A stretch of 63,103 nt of DNA, filler included, from Rhabdomonas costata (lineage: Eukaryota), in assembly GCA_019059605.1 (NCBI GenBank). It is 39 parts of 39 records of this genome, joined end to end, with 100 filler letters (N's around TTAATTAATTAA, not from the genome) between each part and the next. Parts side by side here need not be neighbours in the genome. Positions count along the whole stretch, not along the records: positions 24,302 to 25,821 come from JAHMHO010013955.1; positions 25,922 to 27,441 come from JAHMHO010013956.1; positions 27,542 to 29,061 come from JAHMHO010013957.1; positions 29,162 to 30,681 come from JAHMHO010013958.1; positions 30,782 to 32,301 come from JAHMHO010013959.1; positions 32,402 to 33,958 come from JAHMHO010013960.1; positions 34,059 to 35,578 come from JAHMHO010013961.1; positions 35,679 to 37,197 come from JAHMHO010013962.1; 31 more parts are not named here. One strand, given 5' to 3'. The notes below the pieces were generated by a model. It ran no database searches. It had not been told where the DNA came from and saw only the letters and a program-made list of their open reading frames with translations. Each line of letters starts with the position of its first letter. The first letter of the stretch is position 1. Of the stretch, positions 24,921 to 37,297 are shown one piece after another. The translations under genes were made by a program, and so were the position numbers.

Positions 24921-25794
24921 GACGCATTATTGGAGAGGGCAGCCAGGCTGCCGTGCGCAAGGTGAAGGCCATCCCCACAGGGGTGGTGTACGCCATGAAG
25001 TGCATTCCGGTTCGGGAGAAAGCGGCGGAGACTTCTCGGCTGCTTCGGTGCGAGCTCTCCAGGCTGACCCAGGCCCACCATCCCAACATCGTTACTTACT
25101 ACAACGCCTTCTTCGTGGGCAACAAGCTGAAGGTCAAGATGACTTGCTGCTGCTTTTCCCAAAGCAGTTAATTTTGCCTTCCTTGCTTGTCGCTTCCTGC
25201 CTTGCTGCAAGCTTCACACGGTTTGCAAGGTGTTGCGAAAGCTTATAATAATAGTGGGCAGTGGGACCTGGGATGAGCTTTTGGTTTAAATGCAATCTCT
25301 GGTGTGGTGCCCAGATAATTATGGAGTACATGAATGCTGGCACGGTGGCCAGCCTGCTGCGCGACTACGGGCCCTTTCCCATGGATATGTTGGGAATGCT
25401 CATCAGGCAGGTTAACTCTCCCCCTGCCCGCACTTTGATTTTGCCCTTGTGGTTTAAGTTCCTTGCTTGCACCCCGCGCCTGCCGTGCTCACTGAAAAGA
25501 AGTAGTGGCCCTTTATGATGCGGTTCAGTGGACACGGGGATGGTTCAAAGTTCCCTTTTCCTGACTATGACCATACATCCTTCCCACAGGTGAGCTGTGG
25601 GCTGGCCCACCTGCACCAGCAGGGCATCCTGCACCGCGACGTGAAGCCGTCGAACCTCTTAGTGAGCCGCAGCGGTGCGGTGAAGATTGCGGACTTCGGG
25701 ATCTCGACGGTGCTGGGTGGTGTGGGCAGCAGCTACGGTGCCGCGGAGACGTGGGTGGGGTCGACGTGCTACATGAGTCCGGAGCGGATCCGAG
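24921..25794 (+). CDS. MAP kinase kinase (STE7 family), partial; exons 24921-25132, 25315-25410, 25590-25794
   Basis: IGEGSQAAVRK, YAMKCI, HHPNIVTYYNAF, IIMEYMNAGT, HRDVKPSNLL, KIADFG, TWVGSTCYMSPERI; GT-AG introns in frame. Confidence 0.93.
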
Positions 25795-26406
25795 GTCATG
25801 TAGCACGTCGACCCCACCCACNNNNNNNNNNNNNNNNNNNNNNNNNNNNNNNNNNNNNNNNNNNNTTAATTAATTAANNNNNNNNNNNNNNNNNNNNNNN
25901 NNNNNNNNNNNNNNNNNNNNNTCTTGGGTACCTAGGTACTGGCCTAAAAACGCTCTTCTGAATTTCCTCTCCACAATGCATTTGCCTGCTAAATTGCATC
26001 CCCCAAAGCCAAATCGTGGTGAACGGCAGGTGTGGTATGCTGCACATTCAGGGCATGGAGGCGACGGTTGCAGTGAGTCAAGGGCAGGCAATCGTGAACC
26101 AAACCACGTCGATGGTGTTTGATTAGTTCAGGGATTAAAGCGAGATCGAAGCAAAGGTGATCTGATGCAGTGTCTTCTGCGCGGGTCATCTGAGGGGAAG
26201 TGAGCAAGTACAGCTCACATTTTGCAACCACTGCGGACCGGTGCATTTTAGAAGAAGGACACCCCACCGCCACCGCCACCACGATGTTCCCCTCACTCCC
26301 CTCTCCAAGACATTGTGGGAAAGTGGAGGCCACACTAGGTTAATGCTTTGAGGAATCTTTTCAGTCTTACCCCACTCACTTACTCCTCGTTTTTTGTCTG
26401 GCAAAA

Positions 26407-27001
26407 ATGCGACGAGATGACCACGGACGTGGTGCCGAGCACGAGTCATCTCCGCCCACTTCCTCATCTCCTGCCGCAGAAAGTGACAGCCGCGGCAATA
26501 ACAGCTCAAGCGGAGGCTCGGCCCCTCCAAGCAGTTCCCTGGTAGACGCTTCCCCTGCCACAACTACCCCGCCAGTGCCCACTGCGACGGCAGACGGTGC
26601 CGGGGGTCCCCCATTTTTGACAGCGTTGACCACGACGCAGCCAACGGAGCACTCAGCCAGCGACAGCTCTTTTGCTGCGTCGCCCGGTCCCAGCGGAGCG
26701 AGTGTGAACACTAGTGGAGTTGCTCCAGCTCGGGACTCGGCCCAGCCCCCAGAGCCTTCTAAGCCCCTAAGCCTCAGCTTGCATCAGCATCAAGTCAAGG
26801 CCCCACAAGCACACCACCACCATCACTCCCACCACCACAAGAAGAAGGGCCATTCCAAGGCCCACTCCTTCTCCTCTCACCACTCCTTCCATTCTCACGC
26901 TACGCATGGCGTCGAGGCATTTCACGGATTCCCGGCTTCGTCCTCGGCAGGCGCCGGAGACCTGGCGACAGCAAGTTGCTCCCACAAGAACAAGGGAAAG
27001 G
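26407..27001 (+). CDS. First exon of a low-complexity Ser/Pro/His-rich protein
   Basis: ATG after a pyrimidine tract; ~198 open codons; strong G|GTAAGT donor at 27002. Confidence 0.65.
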
Positions 27002-27909
27002 GTAAGTCCTTTGCCACTTTGTGTTCCTCTTCTTTTCCCTTCCCTTCCTCCCAAGGTGAAGCTGACCGGGGCCACAGGATGCTTGCTGAGGATCCATGGT
27101 GATCCAAGCTGAACAAGGCAAAGGACTTCCCTCATCTAATTGACTACACCTCTGGCCATAGGCTATTTTACACGAATTGGTACCGTTGAGGCGGTGACGT
27201 TGAGAGGTGAGCACCTGTATAGTCCTGTGTCTGAACCGAGGGACAGAACCCTTCTTGCGCATGACAATATCATCTCAGTTTTGCCGTCATAGTCCCTCCC
27301 ATGTTTTCCTGTTTAGCGCGTGTGAAAACATGAAAACAACCACCGGCAATAGTTCGGCTATGGCAACCCCCCTCTCAGCAGTTCGGCTGAGGCACCCCCC
27401 CCTCCCTTGGTAGGTATTGAAGGTGCAATGCCCCCCACCACNNNNNNNNNNNNNNNNNNNNNNNNNNNNNNNNNNNNNNNNNNNNTTAATTAATTAANNN
27501 NNNNNNNNNNNNNNNNNNNNNNNNNNNNNNNNNNNNNNNNNGGTTGTGTGGAATAAACACATTATGTTATACTAAGGTTATTTTGGCCTGGTTTGGGACA
27601 CCGCGCATGGAGTAACCACTGAATCCATTCATAACAACGCCGTCGAGGCGAGATAATTCCCGCCAAGCTCTCATAGAGGAGAGGGAATTGGAGTGGGAAC
27701 ATCTGAATTAACAACGCAGGTCTGCAATCACCAATCCGCTCGTTTAGCTTTTTCAGACAATCAAAGCCATTATACCAAATTTAAGTTTTTTGATGAATCG
27801 TGAAAAACAATATTTTTGCGATGCTCCTGACAATCACGTCCAGCGTTCCATTTTTATTCATCAATCTGCAAATTCCAACGAAGCAAAAATAACGGAAAGC
27901 AGCGCACAG

Positions 27910-28400
27910 ATCAGTCTGGTTATCCTTTGGGCAGTGGTTGGGCGGCTACATTTTGGCCGTTTTGGCGTCCTGGTTAATTACCATCTCACGTGCGAGTGTA
28001 GCTGCACGTGGCCGTTCGGGAATGCGGGGACGTTTCATGATCTTTGTTCTCTTTCTTAATTTTTCACATCGCTTTATAACGCTTTGGTCACAAGCCTGCG
28101 TAATCTTTGGAGCCTCTTATGTATCCACTGCTTTGCTGGTGGTTGTGGCTCTTGTATCCGCTTCTGATACACCCTGTATTACCATATAGTTTCACTAAGT
28201 GGAAGCTGCCGCGGTTTGCAATGGGTGAAAACCAAGATGCTGCCTTTATCCGGATCCTTTTTTCCTTTTTGACTTCATCCTTTTGTTTTCGGCTGTGTGC
28301 TTCAGCCGTGTGATATTTGGATTGGTTTTGTTGATTGTATGTGTGGCTTTATTGCACTCTACGGATTGGGGCTGTGGACTCTTTGCCTGAGAAGGGACAG
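27910..28400 (+). CDS. Possible small exons of a membrane protein
   Basis: Hydrophobic segments (GQWLGGYILAVLASWLITIS, VIFGASYVSTALLVVVAL, IWIGFVDCMCGFIALYGLGLW) can be joined by GT-AG introns; boundaries are uncertain. Confidence 0.35.
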
Positions 28401-29721
28401 GTATTGGTAAATTGGGCGTCTTAGCTGTATTATTAGTCTGTCGACTTTTAAACGCATTTCATTTTGATGGTTCTGCTTGTAGGAGAGTTCGTGGGGGCAT
28501 TGCCTCTACTCAGCCGCCAGCTTAGGCTTTTCCAAACCAAATACAAGGCAATTTTGGACAAGTGGAACCAACCCAATTTACCACAACTGGTCTTTGTATT
28601 TGCCTCTTCACCCGGCTTTAGCGGCGACCTGACCTGAAAAACTGCTGCGATGCACACTTCAAAAGTCCTCCAAAACAAAAGCTTACACAAATCAACAATC
28701 GGAGCACCTTCACTTATTCGCCCACAGGGAAATGAAAGTATTTTTTTCGCAGGGGGCTCCGCCAACCCGCACGTACATCGCCTCCTAATCCCCTGCGTAA
28801 AAGTACTTTCATTTTCATTCACCTGGTCCTTCTGCAGAGCACTTCCGCAGAGCACAATGTGGATGACCACCTGGAGAGCTCTGTGAAGCAGTTTCAATGT
28901 TCAATGGCGTTGGAACCTCCCTGACCACTCTGATCCTTTTTTATTGCTAATGGAGTGTACTGTTTTCAGTGACTTGCCTTTCGGCCTCGTGAGCGAAAAG
29001 TGTGGTATGCCCAACAATCAAACAAAAACATTTGACGTGAGAAATTACTTTCCAGACCTCCNNNNNNNNNNNNNNNNNNNNNNNNNNNNNNNNNNNNNNN
29101 NNNNNTTAATTAATTAANNNNNNNNNNNNNNNNNNNNNNNNNNNNNNNNNNNNNNNNNNNNATAAAGTAATTCAGTTGAGAATCCCATCTCCAAGGTCTG
29201 CTTTTTTGGGGGGTGCGCATCTCTTGATGAACGCAGTTTTCTTTCGTCGTGTTGCATCTTCCTAATACTAATGCAATCAGAGTTCAGTGGCTCAGCTCTC
29301 ATTCATCTCGTATTCTTGTGTTATGTGTGGACTGTTATCGCATCGTTATCGTTGAATATTTACGACTTTTTCTCTCTTCTCGTGTGCTGAATGCATTGAT
29401 CTGAAGTCTTTTCCTTTCCCTTGTTTTTGTGGTTGTGACAAATAAAGTAATTCAGTTGAGAATCCCGTTTGCAACCCCTTTACTGGATAGATCCGGTGCA
29501 CACGCTTGTCTTACAACCCCTTCTCAACAAGCCCCTCTTTAAATTGCCAAGCGACCCAATATTGTCCTACCTCGACAAACGAGGGCCCGGGTCCGTGATA
29601 CCCAGGTCCGAGAATTCGGGTTGGCTACAGCAGACACCATTGAGCATGAGCTGCTATCCATATATTCTCCCTTTCCTTTTCTTCATCTCTCCCCCACTCG
29701 AATTTCTGCGCATCTGCTCAG

Positions 29722-30296
29722 ACCGCGTTGAAGGACGGCGACTCCAGCGTTCCTACTCCAATGGTGCAGGAGACCGTGGACCGCTCCCGCAAGCTGCTCA
29801 GCCACCTCTGGGAGGAGCTCGATGTGCCCTGCAAGGCCCGCCTGGAATTCTCCAGGGAGCACTTCTTTCCGGTCCAGATCATATGATTTCTCCCCTCCCT
29901 TTATGATATTTCCCAGCCTTGTTGCTTTCTCGAATCTCTCTGCTTCCTGTCTTTTCCCCAGTGTTTATTGACGGACCGAAAAAATACCAAACCCTATCCA
30001 CGCGACCGGGGGTTTGCACAATTAAGTCCAGTGTGTTGGGTTAGGCTCCTCGGGATATGTTCTTGCTCGAGAAACGCAGTTTGTCGGCACCAAGTTTGCA
30101 GAAGTGTGACACGTTCATGTGTGCTTCTTCAGCCTTCAAGATGTGTTGCGTCGGGGGCCGGGGGCCTCAGGAAACGGCACAGAACTTCCACGAGATTTCC
30201 ACGCAGCTGAAAGATCTCGTCACCATTCGAAACAACCAGAACCGTATCCTCACTCTGATCGAGGAAAGGGAGCTCTTTCTGCGGTCCCTGAAGCAG
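29722..30296 (+). CDS. MAP65/Ase1- or CCDC87-like coiled-coil protein; exons 29722-29871 and 30171-30296
   Basis: LLSHLWEELDVPCKARLEF...|...RILTLIEERELFL; phase-0 GT-AG junction. Confidence 0.55.
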
Positions 30297-31594
30297 GTCC
30301 TCCCCCCAGCTGCCGGCTTTCTAGGGCGTGGTTGCCTTGCTCACGTTCTGTGGCACACTAGAGCTTACCACCCACTTTGAGTTGGGTTCAATTCTTCATT
30401 AATTCGGCAGGTGGGCGTTGGCGATGAATTGACCCACATTCAGTCAACGATCGCTCGCCGATCTCGTTTCCACTCAGTGAGTTATTTTCGTCTGTTCCAT
30501 CTCAGCGTTTCTCAGCGCCACTCTGCTGTTTTGCCGGGTGAGAAAGGATGCATTAATCCGAAATCGCCCTAACGGGTGGAGCTTGAACCAACTGTGAATC
30601 GGGGTCGTTTCTTGCCTTCTCATCGCCAATCGCCAGCACCCCCTGGACCGCAGGTGGTTCCCTTGTTCGACCCCCCCCACANNNNNNNNNNNNNNNNNNN
30701 NNNNNNNNNNNNNNNNNNNNNNNNNTTAATTAATTAANNNNNNNNNNNNNNNNNNNNNNNNNNNNNNNNNNNNNNNNNNNNAAGGCGCGCTTTTTTCCGG
30801 GTGATTCCGTGAGGGTATTGATCTTTTGAAACGAATTGTCAGTTCTCTAACCGGCTGTTTGTTGAGAAGGTTAGGGTTTACGGTGAGTTTACGGTGTAAC
30901 GTACTTTAGAACATTAGGTTCGCTCCCGCAATTCAAAAAAAGCAGAAGCTTCCTATATTAAATCCGGCAGGGAGGGAGAATTTGGAAACTGTTCGCGTGC
31001 AACACTTCAAGAAGAGCACAGAGTCTCGATCGTTTTACGTGCCGCTTTTAAAGACCTTCCAACAAAGGACAAACTTGAACGACAAAAACGAACGACCAAT
31101 AGCACACCTCTCGCCAAGCTTTGGTTCTGTCATTCATCGAGCTACAGATTTGATAAAGAGCCAGACACAGCGTGAACAGTCGTTCTGAACTGCGCTGAAC
31201 AAAGCAGGAAACAGAGATGGTCTCGCGATGCGGCCGAAAAAAGCAATGAAATCGTTATCAAACTGAGCTCCACGCTCTAAAGGGCTCTAAGGCGACCAAA
31301 CCAGAGACGTGCATGTCAAGATGAGGTTGGGGCAACTTGGATAGAATACGCAATCAAAGCGAAAACGAAGCAGCAGGTGCCAAGCAAACGGTCACAGGCC
31401 AAAACTGCAGCGGAGGTCCACCTCACCCGACCACCTCTCTCTGAACTGGTGACAAGATACACCAGTCAATTCTCGCCACGATACCTCAAGGGAACACTTC
31501 AGTTTCGCAACCTTCAAAAAAATGTGTGACGGGCAGGCACAGGGCAAAACCCAATCCACATCAACTCCAAAACACAACGTTGCAGTCTTGTCTC

Positions 31595-31867
31595 TCAGCT
31601 CGGATCAGAGATGGATGTGCGGAGCAGCCACTCTGCCTCCGCCGCCACGGCGGGGTGCAATATGCACAAAGCCCGCAGCAGCTCCACAGCAGCGGCGGGC
31701 TGGGCAACCACCAGGCGGCCCAGCCTGCTGTGCAGCACCGCAGAGGTCTCACCCAAAAGGGCGGCATCGTTGGAGTTGGAGGAGGCAGCGGCACGTGCAG
31801 CAGGTGCAAGAGGCAGGTGGGGTCGGAGCTTGTCGCGTGGGCGAGGACTGCTCGGCCGCAGCCCCAC
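31595..31867 (-). CDS. Terminal exon of an unknown protein
   Basis: CAG acceptor and a GC-rich open frame to TGA (...AVELLRALCILHPAVAAEAEWLLRTS...). Confidence 0.5.
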   Translation of the reverse strand: MGLRPSSPRPRDKLRPHLPLAPAARAAASSNSNDAALLGETSAVLHSRLGRLVVAQPAAAVELLRALCILHPAVAAEAEWLLRTSISDPS

Positions 31868-33107
31868 CTGAAACCTCGGTGGAACCTATTCCCAAACCAG
31901 AACCACAACAAATTTGGTGGATCAATGTATACGCTGGCTCACGTCACTTGAAAGGCCTAGTACAAAACCTCTTTAGGTAAGTAGAGGTCACGCCTGTTTA
32001 GTAAAGGACGCACCGTTTTTGAGGGCGTATGGCTGAGGAAGAAGAGAAAAAGTCCTTTGCACGTGACACATTTTAGGTATTGCAGTCACAGGAGCACAGG
32101 AAGGCAACAGTTTGCCTGTGAACACATAAGCACATGCGCACATTTCTGTGCACAGGACAAGGAAAAAACAGGAAACATACCCTTGCAGGAAGATCTAAAA
32201 CGCCATCACCAAAAGCATAACCACAGCAGTACCTAGTTCATGAGTTCTCACTCTCACCCCGTTCATAAACATTGCATAGCCACTCGGGCATCCAACCCAC
32301 ANNNNNNNNNNNNNNNNNNNNNNNNNNNNNNNNNNNNNNNNNNNNTTAATTAATTAANNNNNNNNNNNNNNNNNNNNNNNNNNNNNNNNNNNNNNNNNNN
32401 NTGTGTGCTGGTTGGGGTGCTGTGAGTCGGGGTTCGGTGTCGGCCTTCTGGGTTCTGGGTTCGGTTTCGCGTCTCCGTTTCTGGGTTCGGGTTCCTGTCT
32501 CCGTTGTGCTTTGGTTTCCTTCGCTACCATTTCTTCCTATTCTGCGTTGTTTGATGCCATTGGGGCATGGGTTTCCAGGCATTCTAGCATGGTTGGACAC
32601 AAGTTGGTTGGGCTATTGTATGGGGTATGGGTATGTTAAGTGGGTACTTGTTAGGGCTTTGGGTTTTCGTTGCTGGTTCGGTTGGAGCTGGTGTGTACGG
32701 GTTCTGGTTGTGTTCGTGGAGTCAAGGAGTGTTGGATGTACAATGGGTGGATTTCTGCGCATGGGATCGTGATGCTGTTCTTGTTTGTGATGCGGGTTGC
32801 TATTGGTGGGTAGGGGAATTAGTTGTTGCCGTTGTTGTGTGGGTCTTCGGAGATGGTCATGCCTCGGATGAATGGTCTTTCCTTGTGGTTGTTGGTCGTT
32901 GCTGTGGGACTGCGTTGTTGGCTCAGGTGTTGTGGCGCTTTCCCTGAGACTCATCAACACGGCACAGCATCGGAAATACTCTGGCCTTCGCAGATCACGT
33001 CATGAAAATGTGCACACACACACATAGAACGAACAACCTCATCCAAGCTATGTACGCGGGAAGGGTCGGATTTGTGCGTCCTTTGTGCTCGGGTTGGACT
33101 TTGTAGC

Positions 33108-33126
33108 TGTGTGTGTGTGTGTGTGT

Positions 33127-33162
<36 letters not shown>
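33108..33162. repeat. (GT)n microsatellite
   Basis: Read directly. Confidence 0.97.
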
Positions 33163-33163
<1 letters not shown>

Positions 33164-33560
33164 GGGCGCATTGCGCGCTGGCTGTTGCCTGGTGGACTGG
33201 TTGACTGGTTGGTGGTGACCACTGGGGACTGACTGGCGCACGCGCTGTTGGCACGGGTGCTCGCGAGAGGTGCCGTTGGAGCGAACGGTGCCGTGGGGAA
33301 CCGAAATCGGCTCACCACCGAACGTTCCACATCTGGTAACCTCCCTTCAGCCCCACGGGTCCCGGGCCATTGTCGCGCAGCTGCTCTTTTCCAGCGGCTA
33401 CCTGCATTGCTCCATTGCGGCTCAGGTCTCTGCGATTCCACACTCCTTCCTTGGGGGGCTGGGGTCTTTTCTCGCGGGAACGCCCCTTGGAGCTTTTCTT
33501 TCGGATGGGTGAACGGGCAGCACCGGTATCTGCAGGCGTCGCCGTGCCAGCACCTCACGG

Positions 33561-33562
<2 letters not shown>

Positions 33563-33613
<51 letters not shown>
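33563..33613. repeat. (GT)n microsatellite
   Basis: Read directly. Confidence 0.97.
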
Positions 33614-33617
<4 letters not shown>

Positions 33618-35070
33618 CGTGCACGCGCGCCTGGCCTCCTGCCCACTAGCTGGGTGTGTGTAAACCACGGGAACGTTTTCTCCGCTGTGGTGCATCTCTG
33701 GGTCAGGTTGACATCGACACTCAAAGCAACCACCACCGGCACGCTGTTATGAGCTTCCGAAGATTGTGCACACTTACACCCGGTTACCTCTGGTCATGCC
33801 CAAACTCCCACCCGCAATGGCTGCTCTCCACCCCTTATCCTGTAAAGTCCTGGAAACCGCCATATCGGAATCCACTCCCAAGTAATTATCAGCGGTCTCC
33901 CTCTCCAGCGTCTCCAGCGTCTCCTCCATCCCCACTCCCTCTGCAGACACCCCCAAAANNNNNNNNNNNNNNNNNNNNNNNNNNNNNNNNNNNNNNNNNN
34001 NNTTAATTAATTAANNNNNNNNNNNNNNNNNNNNNNNNNNNNNNNNNNNNNNNNNNNNAAACCTTCTTTCTCCCCGTGTTGGCATCGCATTCGTCAAGAG
34101 TCAAGCAACCACTCTTAAGGCGACCATATGGATTCTATGGACTCTGGGTTGAGGTCGCCTCCGACCACTCCGTCAGACCCTCTTCGTCGCTTCTCAAACA
34201 CGTCCGAAGGGGACCACCTTCGCTCCGAAACTGGGGTGCCCGCTCGCTAAAAACGGAGCAAACGACAAATTCCGCCCACACCGTGGACAGGGAGGAGTCA
34301 ATGTTGACTTTGCAGGCCCCCGCTAACAACAGCGTCTGTTCTTCGGGTCTGGATCGATTCGGGAAAAAAGGCTTGAAAAAGGAGAAAAAAATTGGCTGAG
34401 AAATCGTGGCATGTAGTGATGGTAACCTGCGTTTAGGAATTTAGGAATTCAACAAGGGGAGTACGAAAAGGTTTGAGGCCCAACTCCGACTCAAGAACTA
34501 CATAGAGTGCTGGTTTCTCGTAAAGGAGGCCCACAAGGCTCGCAATTGGCACATCTGTGAGGCAAAAATGGGATATGAGCAGTGGCCATTTCGCGAGGTG
34601 CTGCGTGGCGGTGGAGCGGCATATATACACACACACTCACTCGACTCACTGGAAGGCCATTAGCAGTACAGCGGAAGAGCAACAGCGCCGGTGTGCGGGG
34701 GACTGAGCTCAGTGCCCGTGCGCGGGGTTGTTGTTGGCCTCAAACGGGGCATAGTTCTCGAGGTCCAGGTTGTACTATAAAGAGAAAAAAGGGAATGTTG
34801 GTGCGCGGTCTTTTTCTGTGTCCGACCCTTCCCGGCCCGACTTTCCAACTCTGAGTCGGTACCATAAATTGCTGAGTTTGTATACACTAGCTCGGTAGAG
34901 CAACTTGAGGTTCTTGGCCTTAGTGAACTTTTCTCACCCGCTGCCTTCTCGCTTCCCGCTTCTCAAGTAACGGATCAACCAATACTGCCTGAGGAGCAAC
35001 TCAACTGGAGAAGCATGAAGACACCCACACCCACACCCACAACACACACACGAGGGGCGGCAAGAAGAAA

Positions 35071-35578
35071 ATGTGTGACCGGACAGGACCCGAATGGGAA
35101 TGGAGTTACTGGTCTACATGGATGAGGTCATGCTGGAGAAGAGAGTGGAGAAAGAGCAGGCTGAAGCGTATGCTGCGGATTCGATACAATCTTGGAAAGG
35201 CAGGGGGTACCGGCGACGAGAAATGGGGAGACACGGGTTACATTTACTTGCTGTACCACTTTCCGAGCCACATGGGGTACGTGGGGCAAACCCACAAAAC
35301 AATCGAGCATCGTGCAATGGGATCGGAACCGGGTCGAAGACCGGTTGCACGTAGTGCTCAAGAAAGATCCCAACCCTTTCTCCTTCGTGATGCTGCCCCT
35401 GGAGAAGGTAGACGAAAAGGGGTGGAAGGGTCGGCCATATGAAGCGGCCCGCTTTCGAGAGATTGGTGAAACCCTCGAGCGGCAGTGGATAAAGAGGTTG
35501 GGAACCATGTGGCCGAGGGGATGGAACAGCGCGTGGCCTGGATTGCCAGTGGGCATGCGCTGTTCCATCCCCCCACCC
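35071..35578 (+). mobile_element. GIY-YIG endonuclease of a Penelope-like element, frameshifted near 35317
   Basis: GYIYLLYHFPSHMGYVGQTHKTIEHR, then in another frame DRLHVVL..PFSFVMLPLE...LERQWIKRLGTMWPRGWN, the ExxWIxxLxTxxPxGxN ending typical of PLE endonucleases. Confidence 0.85.
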
Positions 35579-35890
35579 NNNNNNNNNNNNNNNNNNNNNN
35601 NNNNNNNNNNNNNNNNNNNNNNTTAATTAATTAANNNNNNNNNNNNNNNNNNNNNNNNNNNNNNNNNNNNNNNNNNNNGGTGTTGGGGTGAAAATAGCCT
35701 TCAGCAAAGGGTGAACGAACGAGTAGCGCTCTTGGAGTTTGGCAATGGTTTTTTCAACTGAGTTGGAATTTCTTCGTGAATGTGAACAGCACTTGCGTCA
35801 TTTCTGGGTGTGCAGAAATTGTCACCAATCCCCCCCCCCGTATCCGCCACGGCCCCTTCGCACTGGTTCTTCTTTTGGACTTCCCAAAAG

Positions 35891-36645
35891 GCGCAAATGT
35901 AGACCAGCTCACTCATGACGGGAGGGCTGCGCTTTACATGCCCTGCCAGAAGGGCCACCACAAGGTTGCGGACCTGCTCCTTCGATGGGGTACGCTGACC
36001 CACTCAACCATACACAGTCGAAGCAAGTGCAGCATGTCAAGTCGTGTGCTGCGTAATTTCATGGGGTTGGTTGGCTCACCGCCACTGGTACTTCTTTGGT
36101 CTCTGGATCTCTGGAGCAACTGCAGGGGGATCGCCAGAAAAGTGAGACGCCGGCTCCACCTCAGCCGCGCGCGCTACACTTAACCCACACATCCGTACGT
36201 GGTGTCTGAGTCGCTTGTTTGCGAAAAGTGGAAATGAAAGTAGAACTTAAAAGAATCCAGATATAGTGAATAATACAGATTCGTGATTGTGATTGGATGT
36301 GAGTGTTCGTTTTTTCGCTGTGCTGTGCAAAAACGCCTCCCATCAGCCCTGCCCTCGGTGTTCACAACTGTGCGTGCGTTGGGTGTCGGATGGGGCTGAG
36401 GACGGTAATGGGGTCGCCGTTGTCACCCTGCCCCCTTCCCACAAACCTCTGGCTCTGTGTCCTTTTTTTTCTCCTTTTTTGTGAGTGTGGTTTTGGTTGC
36501 ATCCGCACGACGATGCGGGATTTTTTGGCTTTGGGGATGACGGCAGGGGCGAAGCCCAACCTTCCGGGCTGCGGGGGAGGCCTTCCACTGTGGAATGCCG
36601 CCAACAAGGGCCACGCGCATGTCTGCGAACTGCTGATCCGTGCAG
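35891..36645 (+). CDS. Ankyrin-repeat protein; exons 35891-35989 and 36547-36645
   Basis: ANVDQLTHDGRAALYMPCQKGHHKVADLLLRWG and AKPNLPGCGGGLPLWNAANKGHAHVCELLIRAG; both are 99-nt AG/GT exons. Confidence 0.92.
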
Positions 36646-37297
36646 GTGCTCCTGTGCCTGCGAAGGGGATCCTTCTCTTTCCCTGGATCCCTCTTTCAGC
36701 GTGCATGTCATTTTCCGAAAAACCCGCCCACATACACCAACTTTCCTGGCCTTTTTTAAATACTACGCCTCCCTCCCTCTTACCTATTCCGCTTTTCTGG
36801 TGCCTCACGGTTTTTCTGTCGCTTGGTGATCATTGGACAGTGACCAGTTGTGTGACAGTGACGCTTTCTTCCAGAAAAAAACTTTCCGAAAATGGCCTGT
36901 GAGTTAAGTCGGAGCTAAGTAGACAGATACATCTATTCTGCCTCGAGAAAAGAGTGAATGGGGATAGGGGAAATGGTGAATCCAGTTGCAGGACAAATGC
37001 AATACAGCTTCGCGTTGCAGATTAGCCATGCGGTTTGTTTTGCCCTTCTTCACCCCAGCAAAGGTAACTGCACACACGCACCCACCCACACACACACACA
37101 CAACTGATGTCTGGGTTGTGCAGCCGTTGTGCTTCATGATGCACTTCATGATGTACTGAATATCTCTCATACCTTCCTCTCTCTACCCCCACCACAANNN
37201 NNNNNNNNNNNNNNNNNNNNNNNNNNNNNNNNNNNNNNNNNTTAATTAATTAANNNNNNNNNNNNNNNNNNNNNNNNNNNNNNNNNNNNNNNNNNNN

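Noticed and set aside
34886..34920. tRNA A-box-like TAGCTCGGTAGAGCA
   Set aside because: No T-arm/B-box or acceptor stem follows.
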